Source of the DNA: Mobula hypostoma
Lineage: Eukaryota
Assembly (NCBI RefSeq): GCF_963921235.1
Contig: NC_086097.1
Location: 38,690,001 to 38,754,000 of the forward strand
DNA: 64,000 nucleotides
Direction of reading: 5' to 3'
Shown: positions 63,651 through 64,000 of the stretch, in pieces
Position numbering within the stretch: the stretch's first letter is position 1
How the letters are laid out: every line of letters begins with the position of its first letter
Position numbers and translations under genes: made by a program
Notes under the pieces: model-generated
Told to the model about the DNA's origin: nothing
What the model saw: the letters and a program-made list of their open reading frames with translations, nothing else
Databases searched by the model: none

Positions 63651-64000
63651 GCTGGGAGTCTGAAATTTTGCCCCTGGAGTCCACTTACTTTATTTTAGGG
63701 TCTGAAGCTCATGATGAGATAGGAGTAGTGGTTAGTGAGTGTAGCTCCCTCCTCTACCCTCGCCCACTCCACAAGTGGCCCCACTTCTGACAACCAAAGA
63801 GATTGAGGTGGGTGGTGGAGGTGAGGCAGGAATATCTTGAGATTACAATCAGATTAGCCATGGTTTTACTTAATGGCTGAGTAGGCTTGAAGGGCAGGGT
63901 TGCTCACTCTTGCTCCTAGTTCAAATGCTCCCCTAACTGGGATGCTTTGTTAGGAGGGAGGAAAGACAGTAGCCCTGAGAATGAATATCGTGTGGGGTCA

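Noticed and set aside
1..64000. Prokaryotic systems (CRISPR arrays, operons, retrons) suggested by the many RT fragments
   Set aside because: The sequence is vertebrate with spliceosomal introns. All RTs are non-LTR or Penelope remnants and no regularly spaced repeat-spacer array is present.

Overview
Eukaryotic, repeat-rich genomic DNA. The repeat families suggest a cartilaginous fish, probably a ray (inference). The window holds one complete protein-coding gene on the + strand, kcnk10 (two-pore-domain K+ channel TREK-2). Its seven coding exons (1726-1777, 3649-3971, 9273-9390, 16835-16995, 25006-25192, 35634-35776, 43761-44366) splice in frame over GT-AG introns to 1590 nt, or 529 aa. The introns and 3' flank contain decayed CR1 and Rex1/Babar LINEs, a Penelope-like element (RT plus GIY-YIG), tRNA-derived SINEs and Tc1/pogo-type non-autonomous DNA elements. 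The most notable signals are: a dispersed Penelope terminal-repeat family carrying minimal (stem III-less) hammerhead ribozyme motifs, including a perfect 77-bp-arm palindrome with a 14-bp target-site duplication; a degenerate in-frame duplicate of the exon 6 start with its own splice acceptor; four in-frame start codons; and two SINE copies with the same head but different tails. I see no wholly novel gene system. Almost all other ORFs in the track are transposon remnants or noise. TE boundaries are approximate, read by eye.
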